From contig NC_086108.1 of the NCBI RefSeq assembly GCF_963921235.1, forward strand, positions 66,900,001 through 66,964,000: a stretch of DNA of 64,000 nucleotides. Reading direction: 5' to 3'. Shown here in pieces: positions 1 to 13,520 of the stretch. Under the pieces are notes generated by a model. That model had not been told where the DNA came from, did not search any database, and saw nothing but the letters and a program-made list of their open reading frames with translations. The position numbers and the translations under genes are program-made. Source of the DNA: Mobula hypostoma. Taxonomy: Eukaryota. Within the stretch, counting starts at the first letter, position 1. Each line of letters opens with the position of its first letter.

Positions 1-1159
1 CAATTTACCAGCTTGTTGAACAATTTTTCAGAAAAAGATCTATCACACAGGAGCCTCTGTAGTACCACCATATGGATGTGAGGATTAATTTTGAAATGAC
101 CATCTGAGGTATCAACCCATTTGTTTCACCATCAACTAAACGTTTTATCAAAGTTTTTCCTACACATTTTCATGGGGTTGTCAGCATAAATTACTTTTGG
201 TTTGTGCTCTTTAGGTTGCACTTGCTTATCTGTAGTCCCTCCAGTTTTCATTCACACACCAATAAATGTCCATTTATCACAATGATTTGGCTGCTCCAAA
301 ATCAGAGTTCTAACAACTCATTCCCTCACTGTTACCATTTAAAAGTTTCCATTTTTCTTGGAAAGCCCCACAATTCCAAATTCCAGGGATAATTAAATCA
401 AAGCAGTTAGTTTGCTGAAGTCTTTCCAAATGCTTCTCAATTTTAAATTATTACCCATTGTAACATCAAAGCATAGGGTTGAAGGCTAGTAGGTCCAGAG
501 ACATACCGGTCGGTAGGTTAATTAAGCATTGTAAATTGTCTTGTGATTAGGCTAGTATTAAATAGAAATTGCCAGGTGACACGGTTCAAAGGGCCAGAAG
601 GTCCCATTTTGTGCTGAATCTCAATAATTTTTTTTTAAAAAATATTTATTTATTTGTGACTACCTAACTGAAGCAGCAACTGGGTGCTTGTGTTGGCTTT
701 TCTGTTTTAGAAGTAAATTGGGGTCATCAACCTCCAGGTTCTTTCTCCTTATACAAGGTAGGAATGAGGTGAGGTTAACAAGACAGAATGGAGTTTTATG
801 GTAACAAATCATTTTCTATTTACTTTCTTGATCAAATTTATAATTAAAGGGAAATTGCTTAGAAAGTGAACTGTGTAACACCTCTTTTTTTCCAAAAGCA
901 GTATAACTAAGTCAATTTAATCCAAGTAAACCTAACTTGAGGTCATTTCTGAACTAAATTTTGCTAAATGTAAAATTTGACCAGGTATGTCCTTTTCTCA
1001 ATAACCAATACAATCCCAAGGCAACTTATCCACCAGGAATATAGCAAATATGTCATTCCTCATGCAGTGATCCTTTGTGGATCTTTGCAGGGAACATGGA
1101 AAATGATGTTCTGAAGGTATCCAGGGACAATCTGATTGCAATCTCTCAGCTAAATCCTC

Positions 1160-1400
1160 AAGCTACCAGACTCCTACATTGCATTGTTTCCTCCGAAGCC
1201 TATAACCTGCAATCTCTCCTCTAATTGCAGCTTTCCCATCTCTTCCTGCTGCTAGTGACCAACCTCCCCCACCCCTACTCACATTTCGATGATGGCCTCC
1301 ATTTCTGATCACTACCTCCATTCCTCTCCCTTTCAATGATGCCCTCACCTCTATTCCTCCCACAGCTCTCCCACTGACCTCACTTCTCTGGGCACTGCTG
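1160..1400 (+). mobile_element. Highly decayed Penelope-like element fragment (probable)
   Basis: Pyrimidine-rich sequence resembling the PLE body at 45960-46290 (e.g. aatgatgccctcacctctattcctccc vs aatgctgccctcacctgcatctcctcc); no intact ORF. Confidence 0.35.
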
Positions 1401-3079
1401 ACCTTCCAGAGCAAGTAAAAGCCAAAGTAATGCTAATTAAAGTATCTTTTTTCATCTGCTTGTATTTAGAATAATTACATATCAGAAGGTAAATTGAGTA
1501 AATCCTAATTTTGAAGTTTAGTTTCAGTGGGCTGGAGAAAAATACTATCATTTCAAACTCCAGGACTCTTAGCACAATTACCATCATTAAAAGGCACGTG
1601 GGAATATTGTTGTTTACTTTGCAAAAGAAAATTACGCAAAAGAATCAGGAAATAGTGCGCAGAGCAAGTGGTCGTGGGCATTGACCACATTATCAGGGAC
1701 ACAGTATCTTTTTTTTAAGACTACTCCCACAGGGCTGTCAGAATACATGTGTCAGTCAACAGCCCTGGTCCTGCCCACCTATCTTTGGTGCCTTCTATAC
1801 TTCATCAGACCGAAAACCAGAGCATGTAATATGGACACATCAAACATCACACAGGATGGCTATTTTGGAGGATTATGCCAGTGGATGTTCTTTGAAAGAA
1901 CTGTAAAAATTGTTTCCACCAGCCCTGGTCTCTTCTGGTTAAGTTCCTTTACAAAAATGCAAGCAGTTTCCTTTTGAGCATTACAGTTACACCTTTTTTA
2001 AGTTCACGGTGAATCATTCCAGATCATAACATCCTACGGCAGAATAAAATGTGTTGCAAATGGCTCCTTCCTGTGTGGAAATCTAATCAGGTAAATGAAA
2101 CTATTAGTGCAACAGTGAGACAACCAGTCAAAAGGTTCATTTCTATGTGCACATTCAACTTTCAGTGCATGTACACTCTCTGTAACATATATAGTTATGT
2201 GGAATTAAGTGAAGAGAGACTTGCTCCTCATCCTTGGCTGAAGGGTGTGGGAAGTATATTTTAAGGATGATGTACCCCTTTTATTCTTTTCTTTGGTTCA
2301 TCGCAACTAAATAGCCAATAGAAAACTGATGTGCTGATAAAGTTTTTTCAAAATATTACTAATCAGCTAGCATTAACAGTTCATGTCTTAAGAAAATATT
2401 TTTTCTTTAACTTTGCAGAGAAAGAAAGAACGTTTATTCAATATCTTATGTCATCATTTCTCAGAAGAGCTATGTAATCACAGAATACTTCTAATGTGCA
2501 GTTATCATGATACTGGCGCACAAGAAGCCATCTTCCGTGCAACAAGCTCCAAACATCTAATGAATGCATGCACGAAGTTACCTGTTTTACTTTGCGACCA
2601 ATGTGTAGGTAGGTGGTGGAATCCATATGGGAGTTAGGGATTGGACGATGGGTTGATGAGAATGTAGAGAGAACAAAAGGGGATTAATGTACAATTCTTA
2701 TAAATGAGTGGTTGATAGTCAAGTCCAAGCTGATTGAAGGGCTGTATGACTCTGATTCCATGACTACAATCACACCAATAATGGCTGACATACTCAATTG
2801 TTTCAGGGTCTTTTAACCACCTGGATTACCAGGCTGAAGTTAGCAAATTCTTTGTGTAACAGGAGTCTCTCTTCAAATGCCTTCTGCCTCCTATCATCTA
2901 ACCAACTTTGGATCTAGTTTACCAATGCGCCTCTGATCCCTTGTGCCTTAACCTTCTAAACCAGCCTACATCAGCGGTGCAAAGGCCAATCTCATGATAT
3001 CCTTGAGTCAGTACCAACACCCATCTGCATGACTCTTCTGTGAATACAGATTTGGTTCAATGATGCTTGACTTTATAAT

Positions 3080-3340
3080 GTATTTGTTTATATTTAGAGA
3101 CTCAGCAGAGGAACAGAACATTCCAGCCCAATGAGCCCGTACTGTAATTTACATCAACGTGACCAAATAACTTTCCATACCATACGTCTTTGGAACATGG
3201 GAGGAAACCGGAGCACCTGGAATTAACCCACACAGACATGGAGAGAAGGTACAAACTCATTACAGACAGCGGTGGGAATTGAACCCGGTTCACTGGCGCT
3301 GTAAAGGCATTAAGCTAACAGCTATGCTACCTGGCTGCCC
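3080..3340 (-). mobile_element. tRNA-derived V-SINE (HE1-like)
   Basis: Minus strand shows a tRNA-like head with B-box GGTTCAATTCC, then a V-domain-like core (…GGTGCTCCGGTTTCCTCCCATGTTCCAAAGACG…) and an A-rich tail. Confidence 0.8.
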
Positions 3341-5039
3341 CTGACAGTGCCTTCCGATCAGTATCACTTTGTGAGAAGAATGGCGTTTTGCAAAAGTATC
3401 AGGCAGCAGACAGTTTTGGAACTGAACCCTTGCATTTAGCAGTGTCCTTCACAGACAGTGGTAAAATGAGAAGGGGGACCTTAAAAGTAAAGTCCACAGT
3501 AATACCACAAAACAATCAATCAGTAACTCCAATTGACAGAAAAACCCAAGAAAAACACTGGTGATTGAAATATATTAAAACGCTAATTAAATAGTTGAAA
3601 CTGTAATATTAAATTAATCATTGCTGACAACAAAACGACTGAATGGTTCACAATTCACTTTTCCATTTAAGCCTTATCTCATGAACTGATTGATAAACGA
3701 TGACATAAGAGAAATTCAGGGAAAATGCACTGTGACTGCCATTCCACCCTATGGACACTTTCCAAATTTGAGCTGGCTCAGGATTACATGTAACTCAAGC
3801 TGATATTGACATAGACTTAAAATCTCAGGAATGAACAATAGGCCACTGGAACAATATGGAACTTGAGAAACTAAATATTCCAAACACACACCTTCACCAT
3901 TCATTAGTTGTTACGGAGCACTTCTAACTTGGTAAATAACTGCTGAAATATAAAATACTATTAACAAACACTCAAAAATCACAGCTACTTTTCATCCTTC
4001 TTGATAAGAAGCTCTTTACACTGCAGTCAACTATTCTGACCAAAGTATCAGTAGTTTCTGTTAAACTGAAGAAAATCTGACTACAGTGCAAGAGCAATTG
4101 GCAACATTAAAAACATGAAAACATGAAAGAGCTGCCAGAAAGATTCAAGAGGCGGGCTTTTAATTACAATATTCAATGTAGATATCCTTTCAGAAATGAG
4201 GCTGTGACTAGTAGTTCTTTTAAAGAACTGTATCAGCAAGAATTTTGTATAAAGTGCGCTGCGTAACTGGAGCAGAAATATATTCCCGGCACATTCTCCA
4301 ACTACTGTACTGAGCTTACAAAATATCCTGATCCATCATACAACTTACAATTTATACATGAGTATTCAAACAATATTTTACATTTGGCAAGTTTCATTTT
4401 GTGGATAATACACTTAGACTGAATAATCCTTAATCTCATCAGAAATATTCCTGCTTTTTAATGATTTAGTATCTAACCATACAAATTTTGTTACCAACAG
4501 ATCAGCAGTGCACTAATGATAGTGTCAGATCCTCAGAATGCCATGCATAACGTACACGTACTCAGTGAATTCTTAACCTCTGGATAAGTGTACAGACTGA
4601 TATGAGAGACACGAGGAGATCAAACAAATGGTGTAGAAATTATTCAAGTGCTCTTCACAGACCAGCTCTAGAATTTTCTCCATACATCGCTGAAGTTTGG
4701 AGAGCAGCTAGTCACATGTCTAAATCCCTAATGGAGTGACGGCCTAAAAGCAGGAGTTAACTGTGAATGCTTCCCTTTCTAAAATAACCATATTTAACTG
4801 ATTGAAATATGTTATAAACTTACTAAGTCATACAAGTTTGTCTGTTTCCATGAATCTTCCATTCGCAGTAAATGACCTATATGGACTTTCCTGCATTTTC
4901 CACCAACTGTCACATGGTAATTTGCATACTTCTGGTAATTTGCTGATATCCCATCTTCTAAGCTATAGGAGGTCTTAATAATATTTAATACTTATACCAC
5001 ACACTTTCTGAGCCTCCTCTTAAGCTATAATTGAAAATC

Positions 5040-5310
5040 AAAACACTACAAATATGAGGATGAAAACTTAGCTGATCAGGCAGCATCTTTGTAAAAAGAA
5101 ACAGATTTCACATTTCACATCTGTTCTGGTGAAGGGACTTTGACTTGGAACATTACCTTTTTCCAAAAGTGCTGCCTGATTGGCTGCAGTTATGAGCTGG
5201 AAAGACTCAGCCAATCAGGCAGCATCTTTGGAAAAAGTTAACATTTCACGTCCTGTCATCAGAACAGTTGAGAAATGTTGACCATTTCTCTTTCCACAAA
5301 TGCCACCCCA
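5040..5310. mobile_element. Old PLE terminal-repeat-derived fold-back fragments
   Basis: Repeated caggcagcatct / gctgcctg motifs in both orientations, an inverted pair at about 5157-5187 and 5208-5237, and a degenerate hammerhead-like string ctggtgaagggactttgacttggaac. Confidence 0.55.
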
Positions 5311-6040
5311 TCAGTGGGGTTTTATATACAGTATCTATCTTTGTATTGTGTTCAAAGGCTTAAGATTCAAAGGTTAATTTATTATCAAAGTATACAACTC
5401 TGAAATTCTTCTTCTCCAGATAGCCATGAAACAAAGAAAAGAACGGCAGCATTTGTGATGTGAAACTTACTCTGTTTGAACTGCCTTTCCTCCTTTCATT
5501 CGGAATTAGGCTAAACAGGACACAGCCGCACCCCAGTCTCCTGTACATCAACAGTTCTGCTGTGATGTATTCTGTTGTGAAGTGTGGCACTGTTCTACAG
5601 CTTGGAAGTAATGCTGTAAGTTAGTGATTTATTGTGACTCATTTCATCGTATAGCCACTCTACTGCCTAGCATAGGATGCATATCAGACCTTGGGTTACT
5701 TTTCTTCTCACAATTACTGTCATCTCCTGCGAATATCCAATTCTTTGTTGTTCTCTTTATTTTCAGCAGCATTGGATTAGGGAATAAAGTTTGACATTTT
5801 TATAGGAGTTTAACTTTCCTGTACTTGTGTACACTTTTTATATTATCACCAATATATGTGTAATTGTTCAGTGAATTTTCTAGTAATAGTAATAGTTCAT
5901 TTTGTATTTTCTAGATGCTTCTAATTTTTTATGCAGCAGGTGTCACGTCACTTGATCTGTCTATTTTATAGGTTACATCTTATCAATGGAATACACTTTT
6001 TATAGAAGAGTATGAGAAGACTACAACTTCTTTCTCTTTG

Positions 6041-7291
6041 TGTAACGGACTGTAAGGTTTCATTGTTAAAGTGGAGGGAGGAGAAGATGGCAGCGCAACA
6101 CAGCGCGCGCAGCCGTTCTGAATGAATATCGATTATTTGTAACTAGGGGCCGTGCACAATCCGGACTTGATGGAGACAGCCGTGAGAAGCGCAGAGGAAC
6201 ATCTGGAGTAACTTCTGAAATGCCTGCTTCGCTGCCACTGCTACTGTGCGATCGAGAATCTCTGGAGATGAAGGCCCCAAATCCTCAGCTTTGGGTATTG
6301 CCTGTTGCCAGGGCTGGGGTCAAAGCGCTCGGCAGAGATGGTGCTCGGTGTCGGGAGGTGGTCGGAGGCTTGGAGCTTTGAGTCCATCCAAAAAGCTCCA
6401 AGCCTCCGACCACCTCCCGACCACCTCACCTCCCGAGTCGGACTACGGTCGGATGCTTCCAGGATGCTTCACCGGCAAGTTGGTGGCGCTGGAGGTTCAC
6501 CGTCTGCGTGAGATGATGGGACTTGCAAGAGACTTTGAGACTTTTACTCTGCTATGGTCTGTTCTTATCAAATTATGGTATTGCTTTGCACTGTTGTAAC
6601 TATATGTTATAATTATGTGGTTTTTGTTAGTTTTTGAGTTGGTTTGTCATGTGTTTTCATGATATCATTCTGGAAAACCATTTTATCATTTTTTAATGCA
6701 TGCATTACTAAATGACGATAAAAGGGGACCTTGTGTCCTCATAATCATAAATAAATATATATATATTAATAGTTTCCCTGTAGCAGCAATGTTTGGGTTA
6801 TGACTAGAGATAACAGGGCTTTGGAATGTGGGCTATCCAATGAGAGGGATGTTGTTCTTAATTATGGGTCTGGGAGCAGGGATTTTTCGCCATCTTTTGC
6901 CGGGGAGAGATGATGAAAGGAGACACGAATGGAGAGAGTTGATAGACCGCCGGACGGAGTGGACTTGGAGCAAGGGTCTGAGGGTCAGCTACGTTTGGAG
7001 GAGGTCAACGGGAAACCAGTGGACTGAACTGTGAGCTCCAACATTGCGCATTAGACTGTTTCATGAGAATGGGCCTTTTTTTTTTGTTTCTTTACTTACC
7101 ATATAGTCAAATTAAGAATTATAAAGCTCAATCATTTAATCGCATATTGCGTACTGTTTGATATTTCATGGTACCGATTTGTAACAGGGAACACACATCG
7201 TGCAGCATCCACCCATCAATATTTCTTAAGTTTGGCCGGGCTGAGGGCTGCCTTCCCCTAGATTAAGCCACTAGCCAAACCAAGAGTTACA
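6041..7291. mobile_element. Solo LTR (TG...CA), interrupted by a nested non-LTR-type insertion
   Basis: Termini TGTAAC (6041) and GTTACA (7286-7291) are inverted; 4-bp flanks TTTG/TATG differ by one base; no internal coding sequence. Confidence 0.6.
6072..6750 (+). mobile_element. Non-autonomous LINE-derived element with GC-rich 5' end and Rex-like 3' tail, nested in the LTR
   Basis: CpG-rich start (aagatggcagcg…), AT-rich 3' part resembling the Rex 3' UTRs in this window, ending in cataatcataa; boundaries approximate. Confidence 0.5.
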
Positions 7292-8382
7292 TATGCTCAT
7301 TCTTTGTCCTCGTAACACTTAATAAAACGACCAGAACCACCAAGTTTTATGTCTCATTCTTGACTGCCAAAAAATCTCTGGATCAAAATCACCAGATCCA
7401 ACAGCAGCATTGATGCCCTTTCATATATTTTGCTGCATAACTAACAAGTCTACAGTTGTTACTACAGGGAAAGGAGGGAGACAAACAGTGCGACCAGGGT
7501 CTAGCTGCTTTCTCCACTAGCTCTTATAGAACGTAAATGTGGCTCTTGCCCAAATCACGACTCTGTGATGCTGAAATAGTTTGGTATGCAGTAGCAGTCT
7601 AGCGTGCCGCATTAGTGTGGGTAACTTTATGCTTCTGAAGTGATGAAGTTGTTTCATATTCTTCAGGGTTATGAGGGTCTGAAGCAATATGATGAAGTTT
7701 ATGGGTCTGGGGACCTTCAGAAGCCTGTAGTGCCTCACTGATTTTAAGTGTTGAATTCTTTTGATACTCTTTAATGGTGAAAGGTGCTGCATTAGTTTAG
7801 GCTTAGTTGTGGATATAAGGTTCTATAAACTGGGTAGTGTTTTATGGATCTGAGGAGCTGTATTAATTTAAGTTGTTTTAAAGATCTAGTGCACTGAATT
7901 AACTTGGAAGCCTGCAATGCTTCATTAGATTTAATTGCTTGATGTATTTCAGGTGGGCTGAGGGTCTAATAATTTGAGCTACTTTCTGAATGTACAGTGA
8001 TTTATTTCTAAATAGCTTTGAAAACACTAAAACACACCCTTCAGCATATCATGTCCATGTCAATCATCAGGTACCCACCCATACTATTCCCCGTTACGGT
8101 CTGTAGTGCATTTCTAAATACTTCTTAAATGTTGTGAGTGACTCTGCTTTCACCACCCATTCAGGCAATGGGTTCCAGATTCTAACCACTATGAGTGAAA
8201 TAAATTCCTCCTTTAATATTTTCTACGAATCTTTCCACTTATTCTCTAGTTCTAAACTTCTCTGCTATGGGATATAGTTTCCTATTATGCGATCTATGCC
8301 ACTTATAATTTTGTATGCATCTATCAGACCCCTCTCAGCCTCCTCCACTCCAAGGAAAACAAATGTACACTGTACAATCTCC

Positions 8383-8952
8383 TATAGTCATAGTCATACT
8401 TTATTGATCCCGGGGGGAAATTGGTTTTCGTTACAGTTGCACCATAAATAATTAAATAGTAATTTGTACATTATGCCAGGAAATAAGTCCAGGACCAGCC
8501 TATTGGCTCAGGGTGTCTGACCCTCCAAGGGAGGAGTTGTAAAGTTTGATGGCCACAGGCAGGAATGACTTCCTATGACGCTCTGTGTTGCATCTCGGTG
8601 GAATGAGTCTCTGGCTGAATGTACTCCTGTGCCCAACCAATACATTATGTAGTGGATGGGAGACATTGTCCAAGATGGCATGCAACTTGGACAGCATCTT
8701 CTTTTCAGACACCACCGTCAGAGAGTCCAGTTCCAACCCCATCACATTACTGGCCTTACGAATGAGTTTGTTGCTTCTGTTGGTGTCTGCTACCCTCAGC
8801 CTGCTGCCCCAACACACAACAGCAAACATGATAGCACTGGCCACCACAGACTCGTAGAACATCCTCAGCATCGTCCGGCAGATGTTAAAGGACCTCAGTC
8901 TCCTCAGGAAATAGAGACGGCTCTGATCCTTCTTGTAGACAGCCTCAGTGAT
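8383..8952 (-). mobile_element. Rex1/Babar-type LINE, 3' end (C-terminal ORF region, 3' UTR, tandem tail)
   Basis: ORF 8500-8871 (FYESVVASAIMFAVVCWG…RCNTERHRKSFLPVAIKLYN) is typical of the Rex1/Babar C-terminus; minus-strand AATAAA followed by (TATGAC)n. Confidence 0.85.
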
Positions 8953-8996
8953 TTATAATGAGAGAGGCACTCTATTGCAGCCAGCATCCAGGAGAA

Positions 8997-9278
8997 TTTA
9001 TTTATTTGTTGAGATACAGTGTGGAATAAGCCATTCTGGCCCTTTGAGCCACGCCGTCCAGCAATCCCCCGATTTAATCTGAGAATAATCTCAGGGCAAT
9101 TAATGACCAATTAATTTCACAACTGGTACATCTTTAAACTGTGGGAGAACACTGGACCACCGAGAGGAAACCCACATGGTCACAGGGAGAATGTACAAAC
9201 TCCTGACAGGCACGGTGAGAATTGAACCCAGGTCATCTGCCCCGTAAAGCGCTGTGCTAACCACTATGCTACTGTGCC
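8997..9278 (-). mobile_element. tRNA-derived V-SINE
   Basis: Minus-strand A-box TAGTGGTTAG, B-box GGTTCAATTC, V-domain-like GGGTTTCCTCTCGGTGGTCC…, (AAAT)n tail. Confidence 0.8.
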
Positions 9279-9608
9279 AGAATCTCCTCTGCACCCTCTC
9301 TCTTGCAATGTCCCTAATGTTTCCAATGTTTTGTATTGATTTGAACTGCTTCCTAGCTTTGATATTTTAGAAACTTAGTGATGATGTATAATTCCGAGAA
9401 ACCTATGAGTTCTTGAAGTGCTTGTTCTGATGTACAGGATGTGAGGTGCTTGGTGGTTTTGAAATAATGCAAGTGAACATTCCTCTTGTAAATCATTGCA
9501 TGTTAAATATAATTATGTTCAGCCTCAAGCATTGTCTGCAAGGCTTCTGGTAGGGTGACGAAAAACTTTGAGACAATAGCCTGTGTCCAACCAAAGGTAC
9601 AATTGTTT

Positions 9609-10437
9609 ACATAGAAATATAGAAAACATAGAAACATAGAAAATAGGTGCAGGAGTAGGCCATTCGGCCCTTCAAGCCTGCACCGACATTCAGTATGATC
9701 ATGGCTGATCATCCAACTCAGAACCCTGTACCAGACTTCCCTCCATACCCCCTGATCCCTTTAGCCACAAGGGCCATATCTAACTCCCTCTTAAATATAG
9801 CAAATGAACTGGCCTCAACTGTTTCCTGTGGCAGAGAATTCCACAGATTCACCACTCTCTGTGTGAAGAAGTTTTTCCTAATCTCGATCCTAAAAGGCTT
9901 CCCCTTAATCCTCAAACTGTGACCCGTCGTTCTGGACTTCCCCAACATCGGGAACAATCTTCCTGTATCTAGCCTGTCCAATCCCTTTAGGATTTTATAC
10001 GTTTCAATAAGATCCCCCCTCAATCTTCTAAATTCCAACGAGTATAAGCCTAGTTGATCCAGTCTTTCATCATATGAAAGTCCTGCCATCCCAGGAATCA
10101 ATCTGGTGAACCTTCTTTGTACTCCCTCTATGGCAAGGATGTCTTTCCTCAGATTAGGGGACCAAAACTGCACACAATACTCCAGGTGTGGTCTCACCAA
10201 GGTCTTGTACAACTGCAGTAGTACCTCCCTGCTCCTGTACTCGAATCCTCTCGCTATAAATGCCAGCATACCATTCGCCTTTTTCACCGCCTGCTGTACC
10301 TACATGCCCACTTTCAATGACTGGTGTACAATGACACCCAGGTCTCGTTGCACCTCCCCTTTTCCTAATTGGCCACCATTCAGATAATAATCTGTTTTCC
10401 TGTTTTTGCCACCAACGTGGATAACCTCACATTTCAC
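9609..10437 (-). mobile_element. CR1 LINE, 5'-truncated, relatively young
   Basis: Open 189-aa ORF 9718-10287 (LYKTLVRPHLEYCVQFWSP…RRLRGDLIETYKIL…FFTQRVVNLWNSLP) matches the CR1 ORF2 C-terminus; (TTTCTATG)n-like tail at 9609-9640. Confidence 0.95.
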
Positions 10438-10439
10438 CT

Positions 10440-11150
10440 GTTTGTCCTTTATGTCTTTGACAAGATCACTGGACACTGCTGGTGTCAAGAACATCAAGCA
10501 CTGCAGACTAAGCCCACTAGTGAGTTGCTCAATAGCAGCGGAGCTTGTGGATACTGTTCTGCAACCTGCCTCCACCACCCAGGGAAGAAGGCACCATCAA
10601 CACATGGTGATTGTCTTGGACATTTTTACTGCAACTGCAAGACCGTGTCTGGACACTGGTACTGTAGGATATTTCGAGTCCAATTCATTGAGACTGATGG
10701 CAGGGAAGCTGTGTGGTCTCAACTGTAGCGGAGACCAGGCCTCATTCATGCCTTCGGGTTGCCTGCTACGGCTGCTGAGGAAGGAGACGATGAAGTTGGA
10801 CTCCATGCTGGGTTGGTGGCTGGTTCCTCCCATTGATGCTGCCCTCCAGTGTTCGCTCGGTGGGAGACAAGCTGGATTACATTAGTCTGCAACTGCATTA
10901 CACAACACAGTATAAAGAACTGCTACTTGCTGTTCTTGCAGGAAGGCCATGACGCTCAGGAACTTGGGCTTTCTCATTGGTTTTAATTTTTTTTTGTAAC
11001 TATGTTTTTCTGCTATCATGATTACAATATATGTGCTGTGTGCGGTGCATGGAATTGCTTCTGTGTTTTGCACTTTTGCCCAAAGGAACACTGCTTCACT
11101 TGGATGCATTCATGTGTATGGTTGAATGACAATTAAAATTGAATTTGAAA
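10440..11150 (+). mobile_element. Probable non-autonomous LINE-derived element with Rex-like 3' UTR
   Basis: 3' part resembles other Rex 3' UTRs and ends in gacaattaaaattgaatttgaa; 5' part non-coding and unrecognised. Confidence 0.4.
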
Positions 11151-11289
11151 GCTTACTTCACTTGCTGCACAATATATACCAACAAGCTTTAATTACAGGA
11201 AGAATTATTGCATGTGCAATTCAAAGGTATTGATGAGACTGGCATATCATATTGTGTAATGGGGTGAAGAACATAAGAAATAATAAGAA

Positions 11290-13520
11290 AATTTGAGAAG
11301 AAGAAACTAAATTCCAATGTGTCGGTAATTCACTGGAAATTACGATGGCATAAGAGGGGAACTAGCCAAGGTTGACTGGAAAGGGACACTAGCAGAAATG
11401 ACAGCAGAGTAGCAATGGCTGGAGTTTCTGAAAAAATGAGGGAAGTGTAAGACAAATATATTCAAAATAAGAAGAAATTTCTGAATGGAAGAAGGATACT
11501 ACCGTGGCTGACAAGTGAAGTCAGAGCCAAAGTAAAAGCAAAAGAGAGGGCGTACAAGGAAGCCAAAGATAGTGCGAAGATACAGGATTGAGAAGCTTTT
11601 AAGAACTTTCAGAAGGAAACTAAGAAGGTCATTAGGAAGAAGATGAATTATGCAAGGAAGCTGGCAACTAATATCAAAGAAGATAACAAAGCTTTTTTAA
11701 GTATATAAAGGGTAAAAGACAGTTGAGGATAGATATAAGACCAATAGAAAATGACGCTGGAGGTATTGTAATGAGAGACACAGAGATGACAGAGGAACTG
11801 AATGCGTATTTTGCATCAGTCTTCACAGTGGAAGACATCTGCAGTATACCGGACATTCAAGAGTGTCAGGGAAGTGAAGTATTTGCAGTAAAAATTATGA
11901 CTGAGAAGGTGCTCAGGAAACTTAATGGTCTGAGGGTGGATAAGTCTTCTGGACCTGATGGAATGCACCCTTGGGTTCTGAAGGAAGTATCCGGAGAGAT
12001 TGCGGAGGCATTAACAACTATCTTTCAAGAATTGATAGATTCTGGCATTGTACCGGATGACTGGAAAATTGCAAATGTTACTCCACTATTTAAGAAGGGT
12101 GGGAGGCAGCAGAAAAGAAACTATAGACCAGTTAGCCTGACACCAGTGGTTGGGAAGTAGTTGGAATTGATTGTTAGGGATGAGATTACGGAATACCTGG
12201 ATGCATATGACAAGATAGGCCAAAGCCAGCATGGTTTCCTAAAAGGAAAATCCTGCCTGACTTACTGCAATTTTTTGAGGAAATACAAGCAGGGTAGGCA
12301 AAGGAGATGCAGTAGATGTGCTGTACTTGGATTTTCAGAAGGCCTTTGACAAGGTGCCGCACATGAGGCAACTTAGAAAGATAAGAGCCCATGGAAATAC
12401 AGGAGTTACTAGGATGGATGGAGCATTGGCTGATCGGCAGAAAACAGAGAGTGGGAATAAAGGGATCATATTCTGGTTGGCTGCTGGTTACCAGCGGAGT
12501 TCCACAGGGGCTGGTGTTGGGACCATTGCTTTTTATAATATATGTCAATGATTTGGACTACCGGATTAATGGATTTGTGGCTAAATTTGCTGATGATACA
12601 AAGATAGGTGGAGGAGCGGGTAGTGTTGAGGAAACAGAGAGCCTGCAGAGAGACTTAGATAGTTTAGGGGAATGGGCAAAGAAGTGGCAAATGAAATACA
12701 ATGCTGGAAATTCATGCACTTTGGTGGAAGAAATAAACGAGCAGACTATTATTTAGGTGGGGAGAGTATTCAAAATGCAGAGATGCAAAGGGGCTTGGGA
12801 GTCCTTGTGCAGGATACCCTAAAGGTTAACCTCCAGGCTGAGTCAATGGTGAAGAAAGCGAATGCTATGCTGGCATTCATTTCTAGAGGTATAGAATATA
12901 AGTGTAGGGGTGTAATGTTGAGACTCTATAAGAAACTCATGAGACCACACTTGGAGTATAGTGTGCAGTTTTGGGTTCCTTACTTTAGAAAGGAATACTG
13001 ACATTGGAGAGGGTTCAAAGGAGATTCACGAGAATGATTCCAGGAATGAAAGGGTTACCATATGAGGAATGTCTGGTAGCTCTTGGGCTGTACTCCCTGG
13101 AGTTCAGGAGAATGGGGTGGGGGGGGGGAATCTCATAGAAACATTCCAAATGTTAAAAGGCCTGAACAGATTAGATATGGCAAAGTTATTTCCCATCGTA
13201 GGGGAGTCTAGGACAAGAGGGCATGACTTCAGGATTGAAGGACATCCATCTAAAATAGAAATGCAGAGAAATTACTTTTGTCAGGACGGTGGTAAATCTT
13301 GGAATTTGTTGCCATGAGTGGCTGTGGAGACCAAGTCATTGGATGCATCTAAGGCAGAGATAGATAGGTTCTTGATTAGCCAGGGCATCAAAGCATATGG
13401 GGAGGAGGCAGGGGAGTGGGAATGACTGGAAGAATTGGATCAGCCCATGATTTAATGGTGGAGCAGACTTGATGGGCCAAATGGCCAAATACTTCTGCTC
13501 CTATATCTTATGCTCTTAAA
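11290..13520 (+). mobile_element. CR1 LINE ORF2 fragment (RT) with 3' UTR, frameshifted
   Basis: Fragments KSSGPDGMHPWVLKE, WKIANVTPLFKKG, YLDFQKAFDKVPH, SGVPQGLVLGP, KFADDTK; tail ctatatcttatgctctta. Confidence 0.95.

Noticed and set aside
7500..7990. Ancient tandem repeat or 91-aa ORF
   Set aside because: Only vague T/G-rich periodicity; no unit could be defined by eye.
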